Shown here one piece after another: positions 31,638-41,787 of a stretch of 64,000 bases of DNA (the first letter of the stretch is position 1; each line of letters starts with the position of its first letter). Made by a program: the position numbers and the translations under genes. This DNA comes from an uncultured delta proteobacterium (GTDB taxonomy: Bacteria > Myxococcota_A > UBA9160 > UBA4427). The notes beneath the pieces were generated by a model, which did no database searches, was not told the origin of the DNA, and saw only the letters and a program-made list of their open reading frames with translations. The stretch is taken from the NCBI GenBank assembly GCA_963822965.1, contig CAWGJT010000001.1:237737-301736 (forward strand), written 5' to 3'.

Positions 31638-31653
31638 CGTGACCTGGGTCACG
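31638..31653. promoter_or_regulatory. CRP/FNR-like palindrome
   Basis: CGTGA-CCTGGG-TCACG (GTGA-N6-TCAC) about 70 bp upstream of the Ig-repeat gene. Confidence 0.4.
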
Positions 31654-31889
31654 AGTTCGGCAGCTCGTGTGACACACATCTGCAACGGCCGCGCAGACAA
31701 GCGGCAGGCTGCCGAACGACGCATCGCCGTCGGTCCGCGATCGCGAACGATGCGCGAGAACCGCCGAGAGCAGTCGTGCGCGCCCGCGCACCGCGGACGA
31801 GACGGAAGCCCACCGTTCAGCGGCCCGTCAGGGGACGCTGGCGTGCGGCTTTCGGACGGGAGAAGAGCGGAGAACGGGAACGGATCGCC

Positions 31890-32357
31890 TCAGCGACCGT
31901 ACGATCCGCCCAGATGATCGTAGGGATCGACGTTGCTTCGCAGCTGCTCGTCGAATCGAGAGCGTTCGATCAGCTTCTCGAAGCCCTCGGCCACGGCGTT
32001 GAAGAAGTCGCGAGCCGACAGGATGCCGATGGGCCGCCCGCCGTCCACCACCGGAAGGTGTCGGATCCCGCGGTCGCGCAGCGTCTCGGCACAGGCGCGC
32101 AGGGGCGCCGCGACGTCGACGCTGATCACGTCCCGGGTCGCGACGTCACCCACCGGGGTCCGGGACGGGTCGAGTCCCTCGGCGACCACCGCCGTGAGGA
32201 GATCGCGTTCGGTGAAGATGCCGGTGACGGTCTCGCCCTCCACGATGACGACGGCACCCACGCCGGCCTCCCGCATGCGGCGCGCAGCGGCCCCGACCAT
32301 CTCGTCCGCCTGGGCGGTGACCAGGGGCTTGTGCATGATGGAATCGATCGAGACCAT
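31890..32357 (-). CDS. CBS-domain pair protein
   Basis: GIFTERDLL, IRHLPVVD, GILSARD. Confidence 0.9.
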   Translation of the reverse strand: MVSIDSIMHKPLVTAQADEMVGAAARRMREAGVGAVVIVEGETVTGIFTERDLLTAVVAEGLDPSRTPVGDVATRDVISVDVAAPLRACAETLRDRGIRHLPVVDGGRPIGILSARDFFNAVAEGFEKLIERSRFDEQLRSNVDPYDHLGGSYGR

Positions 32358-32454
32358 GCCTTCTCTCCTCCGTTCCTCGGGAATGGAATTCCTGCGCTTC
32401 AGCTGCCGAACCACCGCCCCGCCCGCTGGCGCCCTACCCGGCTCCTCGGGCGAG

Positions 32455-32470
32455 TGCACGAGGCATGCCC
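32455..32470 (-). promoter_or_regulatory. Possible sigma-54 promoter
   Basis: Minus strand GGGCATGCCTCGTGCA (GG-N10-GC) about 100 bp upstream of the CBS gene. Confidence 0.35.
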
Positions 32471-32576
32471 GCGGTCGCCTCGCCCTGGGCCACCCCAGCG
32501 CGGGGCGGGTGACAGGATGGCACACGTCGAGGCGATTCTCCGCAGGACTCTTCGGGCTTCCAGCTCCCGGCGCGGG

Positions 32577-33098
32577 TCAGCCGACGAACTTGTCGCCCTT
32601 GTGCCACTCCACACCGCAGAGACCGCCGCTCTGGAGCGCCTGCGCGGTGCGCAACACCTCGCCGGGGCTCCGGCCGACGCTGAGGTCGTTGACCGCGAAG
32701 GCGCGGATGGTGCCCTGGTCGTCCACGATGACGGTGGCGCGGTACGCGACCCCGTCGGACTCCTTGAGGACCCCGAAGCTCCGGCTCACCGCGTGGCTCG
32801 TGTCGGCGATCACCGGGTGGGTGATCGCCTGGGGGAAGGTGTCCCGATCCTCGAACCAGTGCTTGTGGCTGTAGAACGAGTCGGTGCTCGCACCGATGAC
32901 GTCGATGCCGTCGGCTTCGAAGTCCCCGAGCAGGGCCTGGAACCCGCGGATCTCCGTGGGGCAGACGAAGGTGAAGTCGAGGGGGTACCAGTAGAGGACG
33001 TGCCACCGACCCCGGTAGTCCTTGCTGCCGATCCGCACCTCCTCACCCTCTCGATAGGCGGTGGCGCTCCACTCGGGCTCCCGTCGTCCGACCTGCAT
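32577..33098 (-). CDS. ahpC: 2-Cys peroxiredoxin (AhpC/Tsa)
   Basis: YPLDFTFVCPTE; C-terminal GLCGVEW resolving Cys. Confidence 0.92.
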   Translation of the reverse strand: MQVGRREPEWSATAYREGEEVRIGSKDYRGRWHVLYWYPLDFTFVCPTEIRGFQALLGDFEADGIDVIGASTDSFYSHKHWFEDRDTFPQAITHPVIADTSHAVSRSFGVLKESDGVAYRATVIVDDQGTIRAFAVNDLSVGRSPGEVLRTAQALQSGGLCGVEWHKGDKFVG

Positions 33099-33194
33099 GG
33101 CTTCCTCCCTCCCGTGTCGCGTTCTGCTGGACGCGCTTCCGACCTTCCCGATGCCGTCGGGGAGGCGGAGGTTCCATCCTGCGCGGGGACGGAC

Positions 33195-35440
33195 TCACAC
33201 GGGCGCCACCTCCACGGGGATCCCGTTGACGACGGCGTTGCCCGATGCGACGTCCACGAGATCGCCCGGAGCGAGCACGTTGTTGCACACCCCCGGATGC
33301 TGCGACGCCACCGACAGCCGCACGCCCGCCTTGTCGTGTCCCCAGCCGTGCGGCAGGCAGACGACGCCCGGACGCATCTCGTCGCTGACCTCCACCTCCA
33401 CCTCGAGCTGGCCGGCGCGCGACGTCACGCGCGCCAGGGCGCCGATCCGAAAGGCCGCGGGAGCGCGCGTCGTCCGGGTGGACCAGCAGCGTGCAGCGAT
33501 CGCGACCGGTCATCAGCGCCGGCACGTTGTGCATCCAGGAGTTGTTGGAGCGCACGTGGCGCCGGCTCACGAGGACGAGTCCCGCCTCGGCATCGTCCAG
33601 CGCGGCGCGCAGGCGCGGCACGTCGGCCACGATGTACGCGGGGGCCAGCTCGAGCTTTCCCGAGGGCGTGGCCAGGATCTCGTCGAGCCGGGGCACCATG
33701 CGGGCCGAGGTCGATTCCGTCCGGCTGGGCCGCGATCTTCGCGAGCGTGAGCCCGTCGGGATCGCACCCCGTAGCACTCGCCCCAGGGTCCCGTGCGGAT
33801 CTGGAAGTCGAGCAGCCGGGACGGCCCACGCCCGGGGGTCGCCGCGACGATCTCGGCCGGATCGCGCCCTTCGATGCGCGAGCCGGGAATCTGGCACACG
33901 CCCGCCACCAGACCGGCGAAGAAGAGGCGGTCGAGCGCGTCCACGTCGACGTCGGCCGCCTTCTGCCCCTGGACCAGCGCGGCCAGAACGAGCAGCACCT
34001 GCCACTCCGGCACGTGCTCGGGATCCGGGCTCGAAGACCGGGCGGCGAGAACTTGGCGGCGCTGCGCCCGGCCCAGCTCCACTGCATCTCGTCGTAGTGG
34101 GGCTGCTCGAGCACCGAGTGTCCGGGCAGGATCACGTGGGCGTGCCGGCTCGTCTCGTTCAGCCAGTTGTCGATGGCGATCATGCACTCGAGCGCGGGCA
34201 GCGCCGCGTCGAGGCGGTCGCCTTCCGGGCGCCGACAGGACGGGATTGCCGGCAATCGTGAGGAGCGCCTGGATCTGACCCTCTCCGGGCGTCGCGATCT
34301 CCTCGGCGAGGCACGAGATCGGCACCTGACCCAGCACCTCCGGAGCGCCCGCGCACCCGGGACTTCCAGCGGTGGAACGTGAAGCCGTCGGCGAACTCCG
34401 GCGGCCGCAGCGAGATGAGCGACCACGCGATGGGCTTCGAGAACATCGAGCCGCCGGGTCGGTCGAGGTTGCCCGTCAGCACGTTCACCACGTCCACCGC
34501 CCACGAAGCGAGGGTCCCGAACTCCTGGTTGCAGGTACCGATGCGCCCGTACACGGCGGCGCGGTCGGCCGCGGCGAGCTCCCGGGCGATGCGCCGCACG
34601 TCGTCCGCCGTGAGCCCGGTCCGCACCTCCACCGCCTCGGGCGTGAAGTCCGCGCACAGCGCCTCCACCTCCTCCACGCCGGCCACCCGTCCCGCGAGAT
34701 TGCGCAGATCGACGAGCCCCTCGGCGAAGAGCACGTTGGCCACGGCCAGCAGGAAGCGCCGCGTCGCCGCCGGGACGGATCGGCAGCCACTCGTCCGCGT
34801 GCTTCACCGTTCCGGTGCGACGCGGATCGACGACCACCACCTTGCCGCCGCGCGCGCGGATCGCGTCGAAGCGCCCGAGCAGGTCCGGGCAGGCGAGCAG
34901 GCTGCCCTGGGAGGCGTGCGGGTTGGCGCCCATCACGAGCAGGTACTCGCAGCGGTCGACGTCCGGGATCGGGAAGGTCCACATCCCGCCGAAGAGCAGC
35001 GCGCTCGAGACGTTCTTCGGCCACTGGTCGACGGTGCCCGCAGAGTAGATCACCGGAAGCCCGGCCATCGGGCGTGAAGGCGGCGGCGTAGCGGGAGAGC
35101 GAGTAGTTGTGGGCGACGGGATTGCCGAAGTAGGCGGTCATGGCGCCGCGGCCGTGCGCTCGAGCACCGGGTGCAGCAGCCGCTCGATCTCCTCGAAGGC
35201 CTCGGACCAGGTCACCGGGACGAACTCGCCGCCCCGGCGCACCAGCGGCGTGCGCAGCCGATCGGGATCCTCGTGCAGGTCGCCGAGGGTGGTGCCCTTG
35301 GGACAGATGTAGCCCCGGCTCCAGACGTCGGCCTCGTGGGGTCGGATCTTCGCGACGCGGCCGCCCTCGACGGTCACCTGCAGGCCGCACATGGCCTCGC
35401 ACAGCGGACAGGTCTTGATGAAGGTTCCGTCGGCGGTCAC
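33195..35440 (-). CDS. Molybdopterin-dependent oxidoreductase (multiple frameshifts)
   Basis: CPLCEAMCG...ICPKG Fe-S motif, DRLRTPL, GANP, VDPRRT, NNSWMHN, LPHGWGH. Confidence 0.88.
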
Positions 35441-36678
35441 CGCGCGGCCTTCCGCGCCATGCCGGCCTGCTCGGCGCGGGCGCGGAGGAACGTGATGCAG
35501 GTGGAGTCGGCGGGGATCTCCTCGAGGGGCTGCCGGACGAGCTCCGGGGTGATGCCGACCGCCTCCGCCTCCGGACGCAGCGCCTCGAGGTCGAACCCGT
35601 AGAGCGCCGCCGCGTTCTCCCCCAGCATCATGCGCACCTCCTTCTCGTCCACGTCCGCGAACGCGAAGCGCATGTTCTCCCGGGAGTACGGGTAGCAGCC
35701 CTCGTAGTGCGGGTAGTCGTTGCCCCACAGGATCCGATCCACGCCCACGACGTCCCGGTCCCGGATGTCCCGGGGCGACGGGAAGCTGGCGCCGTACCAG
35801 CAGTTGCGCTTCGCGTAGAAGCTCGGGAGCTCCGCGAGGGCCGGGTCCAGCGAGGTATCGATCTCACCGATCGCCCCGGCCTTCCAGGCGAGGTACATGG
35901 CGTCCATCTGTCGCATGACGCCCGGCGCCCACGCGCAGCCCGACTCGGTCAGGATGTACCGGAGCCGCGGGAAACGCTCGAAGACGCCCCCCATGATGAG
36001 ATGGGTGAAGCCGCGCTGGACGAAGAACGACATCTCCATCGCCCACAGGGCCTTCGCGCCCTGTCCGTCGCAGTACACCGGCGACCCCTGCCCGGAGTGC
36101 TGGTTCAGGACCAGGTCGCAGTCCTGGATCGCCGCCCACACCCGGTCGTAGTCCGGGTGGTTGAGGGGTCGCAGGTGCACCTCGGAGGGGGACGGCAGGG
36201 GCAGCAGCACGCCTCCCCGCAGCCCGTTCCGGGCGATCCACTGGACGTCCTCGATGGCGTCGTCGATGTCGTTCAGGTGGATCAGCCCGATCCCGGCCCG
36301 ACGCGCGGGCTCCTCGGCGCAGAACTCCGCGAGCCAGCGGTTGTGGGCCTGGGCGCCCGCGCGCGCCCGTTCGTACTCCTCGGGCGAGGGCGGCGGCGAG
36401 ATGTGGAAGGCCTTCGCGTAGAACGGCGGCACCGTGTTCGGGAAGATCACCTCGCCCACCACACCGTCGGCCTGCAGATCGGCCCGACGCACGGCCGAGT
36501 CCCAGTTCTTCGTCTTCTTGCCGCCCACGTGCTCCTTGGAGGGGTTCCGGTATCCGCCCCGCCAGTCGTCGAACGCCTTCCGCCACCCCGGATCGAGGTA
36601 GGCGCGATAGCCGTCGATGGAGGCGCCGGCATGGGTATCCGCGGTGATGGTGATGTAGGGAGCGGCTTCCGAGCCCAT
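35437..36678 (-). CDS. Amidohydrolase family protein (Amidohydro_2-like)
   Basis: TADTHAG, LTESG, WGNDYPHYEG; stop overlaps the GTG of the next gene. Confidence 0.88.
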   Translation of the reverse strand: MGSEAAPYITITADTHAGASIDGYRAYLDPGWRKAFDDWRGGYRNPSKEHVGGKKTKNWDSAVRRADLQADGVVGEVIFPNTVPPFYAKAFHISPPPSPEEYERARAGAQAHNRWLAEFCAEEPARRAGIGLIHLNDIDDAIEDVQWIARNGLRGGVLLPLPSPSEVHLRPLNHPDYDRVWAAIQDCDLVLNQHSGQGSPVYCDGQGAKALWAMEMSFFVQRGFTHLIMGGVFERFPRLRYILTESGCAWAPGVMRQMDAMYLAWKAGAIGEIDTSLDPALAELPSFYAKRNCWYGASFPSPRDIRDRDVVGVDRILWGNDYPHYEGCYPYSRENMRFAFADVDEKEVRMMLGENAAALYGFDLEALRPEAEAVGITPELVRQPLEEIPADSTCITFLRARAEQAGMARKAAR

Positions 36679-36944
36679 GATCGAGTCTCCTGCAGAGCGA
36701 GTACGCACCGGTTCCCGCCGGGGCTGGCAGTCTAGCCGCGGCCCGAGGCGGCCCGCATGCGGCGCTCAGCCAGCGAAGCGAGACGCCGGCCTGCCAGGCT
36801 CCGGGGTCCCCTCCCCTGCCCGGGCCTCACTCGACACATCAGTCTCGGACGTGCCCGTCGCCGTGGCGACGCCTGCTCGCGCGCCCGGAAAACCCTCCCC
36901 GAGGGTGGACTCAAGGTGTCGGAACGCCCGCCGAAACCCAACCC

Positions 36945-37550
36945 ATGGGCGCCGAGCGACGCAAGGATCCCCGGGTTTCGTGCTTTCTCGCCTCCGAGGT
37001 GCGCCGCGGGAGCCAGGTCGTCGCGGGCACCGTGCGCAACCTGTCGGCCGGGGGAATGTCGCTCCACGTCGAGCTGGCCGTCGAGCAGGGCGAGGTCCTG
37101 CACCTGTCCTTGCAGCCCGACCGCCGCAAGCGCATCGAGGTCGAGGCGATCGTCTGGCACGTCCAGGCGATGCGCGAGCGCAAGACCGGCCGCATGCTCC
37201 ACCGGCTCGGGCTGGTGCTCTCGGAGGCGAGCGACGACTACGCCGACCTGCTCGAGTCGAGCGGGAGCCCGAAGTCCCCGAGCGGGCGAACGCGCCGGGC
37301 GCACGCCGGATCGCCGCCCGCCGACTCTCCGCCCCCGGAGCCGCAGAGCAGACCTCGTGGTTCCGCCGAACCGAAGCGCGGGGCCACGCCGCCGCCGAAG
37401 CCCGCGAAGCACCGGGTCCGGGTGAAGCAGGACCTGAGCCCGCGCACGCGCACCATCCTCGTCTTCGCCGTGGACCGAGAGGCGGCGCGCGCCGCCGCCC
37501 AGACGGAGATCGATCCCGGCTGGCACATCCTCGAGGTCGAGCGCGCCTGA
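36945..37550 (+). CDS. PilZ-domain protein with Pro-rich linker and small C-terminal domain
   Basis: ERRKDPR and NLSAGG c-di-GMP motifs. Confidence 0.85.
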   Translation: MGAERRKDPRVSCFLASEVRRGSQVVAGTVRNLSAGGMSLHVELAVEQGEVLHLSLQPDRRKRIEVEAIVWHVQAMRERKTGRMLHRLGLVLSEASDDYADLLESSGSPKSPSGRTRRAHAGSPPADSPPPEPQSRPRGSAEPKRGATPPPKPAKHRVRVKQDLSPRTRTILVFAVDREAARAAAQTEIDPGWHILEVERA

Positions 37551-37587
37551 AGCCCGGACGCCGTCGGCGAGCTTCTGGCTCGGGACA

Positions 37588-38970
37588 CTAGACCGTCGCC
37601 AGCAGCTCCCGCACGCCGTTCTCGATGCCCTGCGCGAGCACGCCGATGTCGGGCGCCCCGTCGTAGTCGCCGGTGATGCCGAACGTGAGGTTGCCCGCAT
37701 ACGAGAAGATCGCGATTCCGATGCGCACGGAGCCGGCGAGCGGCACGTAGGGGTAGCAGGTGCGCATCGCCCGCCCCGCGGCGTAGAGGGTGCGCTGCGG
37801 GCCGGGCACGTTGGTCGTCACGGTCTGCACCGCGTGCTGCTCGACGTCCGCAAAGAGCCGGGCCCCGAGCGCCAGCAGCAACGGCGGCGCGAAGCCCGTG
37901 AGTGAGGTGAGCGTCTCGGCCGCGACCGCCTGGTGGTGTTCCTTCAGGTCCTGCATCTGCAGGTGCAGCGAGGCGAGCCGCTCGACGGGATCGTCGAGAC
38001 CCACCGGCAGCTCGGCGAACATCGCGGACACGCGGTTGTTGTAGGTGCCGCGCTCTTCCTCGCGCCGGACGGAGACCGGGACCAACGTGCGGACGAAGCC
38101 GTCCGCCACCGACTCCCCGCGGCCGAGCAAGAGGTCCCGGAATCCGCGGGTGATGATCGCGAGCACGACGTCGTTCACGGTTCCGCCGTGCTGACTGCGG
38201 ATCTTCTTGATCTCGGCGAGCTGCGTCTCGGCCCAGCACCAGCGCCGGTGGGGCGAGATCGGACCGTTGAGCGACGACTCCGCCCCTTCCGCAGCGAAGC
38301 CCCGGAAGGTTCCCAGGCCCTCGCCGAGGTCGCTGAGCTGGCGCATCAGGTTCTTCGGTGCGGCCAGCGAGTGGCGCAGCGCCCGGAAGCCCGCGGCGGG
38401 GCTCTGCAGGCCCTCCCAGACCGCGTTCTGCAGCAGCCCGAGCGACGAGGGGGACTCCGCGGGCTTCCAGGGCGTGACGGGCGGATGCGTCACGTCCGGC
38501 GCGTCGTCCAGGAGGGCGCTCAGGAGGTCGGTTGCCGAGACGCCGTCCACCATGCAGTGGTGCGTCTTCGACAACAGTGCCCAGCGATCCTGCTGCAGCC
38601 CCTCCACCACCCACATCTCCCACAGCGGCTTCGCGCGGTCGAGCTGCTGCGACATCACGCGGCCCACCAGAGTCTGCAGCTGCTCGTCGTTTCCCGGCGA
38701 GGGCAACGCCGTGTGACGCACGTGGTAGCGGAGGTTGAAGTGCGGGTCGTCGCACCACACGGGCCGTCCCAGCTCGAGGGGAACGAAGCGAATGACCTGC
38801 CGATAGCGCGGTACGCCTTCGAGCTTCGAGGAGACCATCCGCTCGATCTCGTCCTGCTGCGGCGGGGGGCCTTCGAAGAGGCTCACGGACGCGATGTGCA
38901 TGTGGTTGCACTCGTTCTCGATGTAGAGGAACGAGGCGTCCTGCATCCCCAGTCGGTCGAAGCGATCCAT
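37588..38970 (-). CDS. WS/DGAT #3 (intact)
   Basis: KTHHCMVDGVS, TVNDVVLA, TTNVPGP. Confidence 0.94.
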   Translation of the reverse strand: MDRFDRLGMQDASFLYIENECNHMHIASVSLFEGPPPQQDEIERMVSSKLEGVPRYRQVIRFVPLELGRPVWCDDPHFNLRYHVRHTALPSPGNDEQLQTLVGRVMSQQLDRAKPLWEMWVVEGLQQDRWALLSKTHHCMVDGVSATDLLSALLDDAPDVTHPPVTPWKPAESPSSLGLLQNAVWEGLQSPAAGFRALRHSLAAPKNLMRQLSDLGEGLGTFRGFAAEGAESSLNGPISPHRRWCWAETQLAEIKKIRSQHGGTVNDVVLAIITRGFRDLLLGRGESVADGFVRTLVPVSVRREEERGTYNNRVSAMFAELPVGLDDPVERLASLHLQMQDLKEHHQAVAAETLTSLTGFAPPLLLALGARLFADVEQHAVQTVTTNVPGPQRTLYAAGRAMRTCYPYVPLAGSVRIGIAIFSYAGNLTFGITGDYDGAPDIGVLAQGIENGVRELLATV

Positions 38971-39054
38971 GGCAGTCAGCGCTCCTTGCCCCGAACGGTA
39001 GCAGGGCAGCGCTCCGCCGTGTGCAAGCCGAGCGACGCGGACGCGTCTCGGCGG

Positions 39055-40614
39055 CTAGAGCATGCGGGCTTCACCGTCCCGCGCCAGCGGCTCCCAGAAC
39101 TCGCGCCCCTTCTGGTGGGGATCCTCCCGCAGGGAGCAGTGCTCCTGCAGGGTCATCGTGTAGCGACAGAAGCGGGAGTAGGCGGGCCAGTCCGGCAGGT
39201 CGGCGTGGCCGGGATCGCCGGTTCGCGCGAATGCCACCCAGGCGTCCTGGATGCGGTCGCACAGGCGTTGGGCCGACGGGTTCGCAACGAGTCCCGCCCG
39301 CATGAGCGCCGTCCGCACGCCGCCGAAGACGAAGGCGATCTCGAGGCCGTGACACGAGCCGAGTGCCCGACCGACGAAGGGCGGCGACCACTCGAAGAGG
39401 TAGGAGTAGGTGTGGGACTGGTGGTCGGAGTGCACGTCGGCCAGCCGCGTCGCCGGGTAGTGGAAGATGCGATCCCCCTGGAAGGCCGCCCAGCGCTCCG
39501 ACGCCTCGCGCCCCCGCGGCCCCACCGCATGCGCATAGGTCTCGAGGGCGCGGTCCGCCAGGGAGTTGCCGTCTTCGTCGACGCCCGGCAGCAGCCGGTG
39601 GAGCCGTTCCCGGAGCCGCCGATCGTCGAGACGGATGCGATCGGCGGCCATGAAGAGCTTCCACTCGTCGCGATTCGAGCCGATCAGCATGGGCACGTCG
39701 GCGCCGACGCCGCGACCGACCGCGCGCAGGGGCTGCTCGGGGACCAGGTCGTCGTCGACGCACGGCTGCCACGCCATGATGCCGTCCTCGAGCCCCACCC
39801 GCGCGGTGGTCCGAGCCTGGGCGCGCATGAGATGCGTGACCGGCAGCTCGAGCAGCTCCTTCTCCGGGGGACTCGTGATCTCCAGGGCGTCCAGGAACTG
39901 CTCGCCGATGCGGGCCGCCACGTGCGCGCTGGAGACGTTGTGGGCGGCGCCGCTCTGCAGGATGACGCGGTGGAAGAGGCCGCGGGCGGCAGGAACTCCG
40001 AGCAGCGTCCCCGCGCTCATGGCTCCCGCGGACTCGCCGAAGACGGTGACGTTCTCGGGATCGCCCCCGAAGCCCGCGATGTTCTCTCGCACCCATTCGA
40101 GCGCGGCGATCTGGTCGCGCAGGCCCAGGTTGGCCGGCCGCCTCGCCCCGGCGTCGCAGATCCCGTCCCAGCTCAGGAACCCGAGGGCGCCGAGCCGGTA
40201 GTTGATCGTGACCACGACCACGTCGCCGCGGGCCGCCAGCCGCCAGCCGGCATACAGGGGCGTCGACCCCGAGCCCAGGATGAAGGCGCCGCCGTGGATC
40301 CAGACCATCACCGGGCGGCGGCCCCGGTCGGGCGCGGGCGTCCAGACGTTGAGGTACAGGCAGTCCTGGCTCTGTTTGCTCCCGGCTGCGCCGATGATGG
40401 CGCGAATCAGGCGATTGACGGGTCCGATCTGCGGCGCCGCGGGTCCGTAGGCGTTGGCCCGGCGAACCCCGCGCCACTTCTTGGGCGGCTGCGGCGCCTC
40501 GAAGCGAAGCGGTCCCACCGGCGGCTGGGCGAAGGGAATTCCCTTGAAGACGGCGACCCCTCGCTGCTCCTGCCCTTCGACGCGTCCCTGTCGTGTGGAA
40601 ACGACCGTGTCCAC
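39055..40614 (-). CDS. Type B carboxylesterase/lipase
   Basis: DCLYLNVWTP, WIHGGAF, FGESAG, CHGLEI. Confidence 0.94.
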   Translation of the reverse strand: MDTVVSTRQGRVEGQEQRGVAVFKGIPFAQPPVGPLRFEAPQPPKKWRGVRRANAYGPAAPQIGPVNRLIRAIIGAAGSKQSQDCLYLNVWTPAPDRGRRPVMVWIHGGAFILGSGSTPLYAGWRLAARGDVVVVTINYRLGALGFLSWDGICDAGARRPANLGLRDQIAALEWVRENIAGFGGDPENVTVFGESAGAMSAGTLLGVPAARGLFHRVILQSGAAHNVSSAHVAARIGEQFLDALEITSPPEKELLELPVTHLMRAQARTTARVGLEDGIMAWQPCVDDDLVPEQPLRAVGRGVGADVPMLIGSNRDEWKLFMAADRIRLDDRRLRERLHRLLPGVDEDGNSLADRALETYAHAVGPRGREASERWAAFQGDRIFHYPATRLADVHSDHQSHTYSYLFEWSPPFVGRALGSCHGLEIAFVFGGVRTALMRAGLVANPSAQRLCDRIQDAWVAFARTGDPGHADLPDWPAYSRFCRYTMTLQEHCSLREDPHQKGREFWEPLARDGEARML

Positions 40615-40865
40615 TCGCGCGCGCTCTCTCCCGGCCTCGTTGCCGTGTCGTCCTGCGGATCGTTGGGTGCGCGTTGCGTCGGCAACGACACGGATCGCTT
40701 CGCGCGGTTAAAGTCACCCAAGAAGAGGCGAAGTTCAACGCCTCGTACGTCGCGAAGGCCCTCCAGCAACGAGATCCGAGGAAGGCATGCGAAACGGGTC
40801 CGATCGCCCCACTCCGCCTCCCGCAGAGCGTCTCGTGAGGCGTCGTGTCCATCGCCCGGGCGCCT

Positions 40866-41735
40866 TCAGAGCTGGATTCCGAAGGCCTCGCGGAAGCGGC
40901 GGTTGTACTCCTCGTCGGTCAGGTCGTCTCCCAGCGCGACGCAGTCCTCGTCGCTCATCGTCGGGCGGCCCGCCGCGATTCCCAGAGCGTCCTTGCCGAC
41001 GGGCCAGCGCAGCCGATAGGCGTCCGTGGTGATCGCCTCGAGGATCGTCCGCGCGACGTCCTCGGGCTGGGCGGGATCCCGAAAGCCCGCGGCGAAGAGC
41101 TTCCCATTGCGCCGCATCAGCGGCTGGTAGGGGGAGCCCTTGTCGTAGCGCGTGGCCTCCGCGGAGTTCTCGAAGATCTTCGTCATCACGACGCCGGGCT
41201 CGATGTTGACGACGCGCACGCCGAAGCGGCGCACCTCCGCCGCCAACGCCTCTCCCAGACACTCGAGGGCCCACTTCGACGCCGAATAGGCGATCTGGTT
41301 CGGCGTGGCCAGGATGCCCGCGACGGAGGTGATGTTGACGATCGCCCCGCGGCCGCGCTCGCGCATGGCGGGCAGCACCGCCTGGATGCAGCGCACCGCG
41401 CCGAAGTAGTTCGTCTCGAACATCGCGCGGTGCTCGCTCTCGGGGGTGAGCTCGAGGGGGGTCGCGCCGCCGATGCCGGCGTTGTTGACCAGCACCTCCA
41501 CGGGCCCGCGCGCGGCAGCGGCGGCAAAGGCATTGCGCGTCGACGGCTCGGACGTGACGTCGAGCTCGACCAGCTCCAGGGGCAGCTCCTCGGCGGCGGC
41601 CGCCTGCCGCAGCGGTCCGGCCTTGGCGAGGCTGCGCATTCCCGCGAACACCCGGTAGCCGTGGCGCGCCAGCTCGAGGGCCGTCGCATAGCCGATGCCG
41701 CTGCTGGTCCCCGTCACCACCGCGATTCCGCTCAA
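40866..41735 (-). CDS. SDR family oxidoreductase
   Basis: TGTSSGIG, NNAG, YSASK. Confidence 0.93.
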   Translation of the reverse strand: MSGIAVVTGTSSGIGYATALELARHGYRVFAGMRSLAKAGPLRQAAAAEELPLELVELDVTSEPSTRNAFAAAAARGPVEVLVNNAGIGGATPLELTPESEHRAMFETNYFGAVRCIQAVLPAMRERGRGAIVNITSVAGILATPNQIAYSASKWALECLGEALAAEVRRFGVRVVNIEPGVVMTKIFENSAEATRYDKGSPYQPLMRRNGKLFAAGFRDPAQPEDVARTILEAITTDAYRLRWPVGKDALGIAAGRPTMSDEDCVALGDDLTDEEYNRRFREAFGIQL

Positions 41736-41787
41736 ATCCCCTCCTCGGGCACGCGGGCGCATCGGGCGGGTGCGTACCGCCGGTCCG

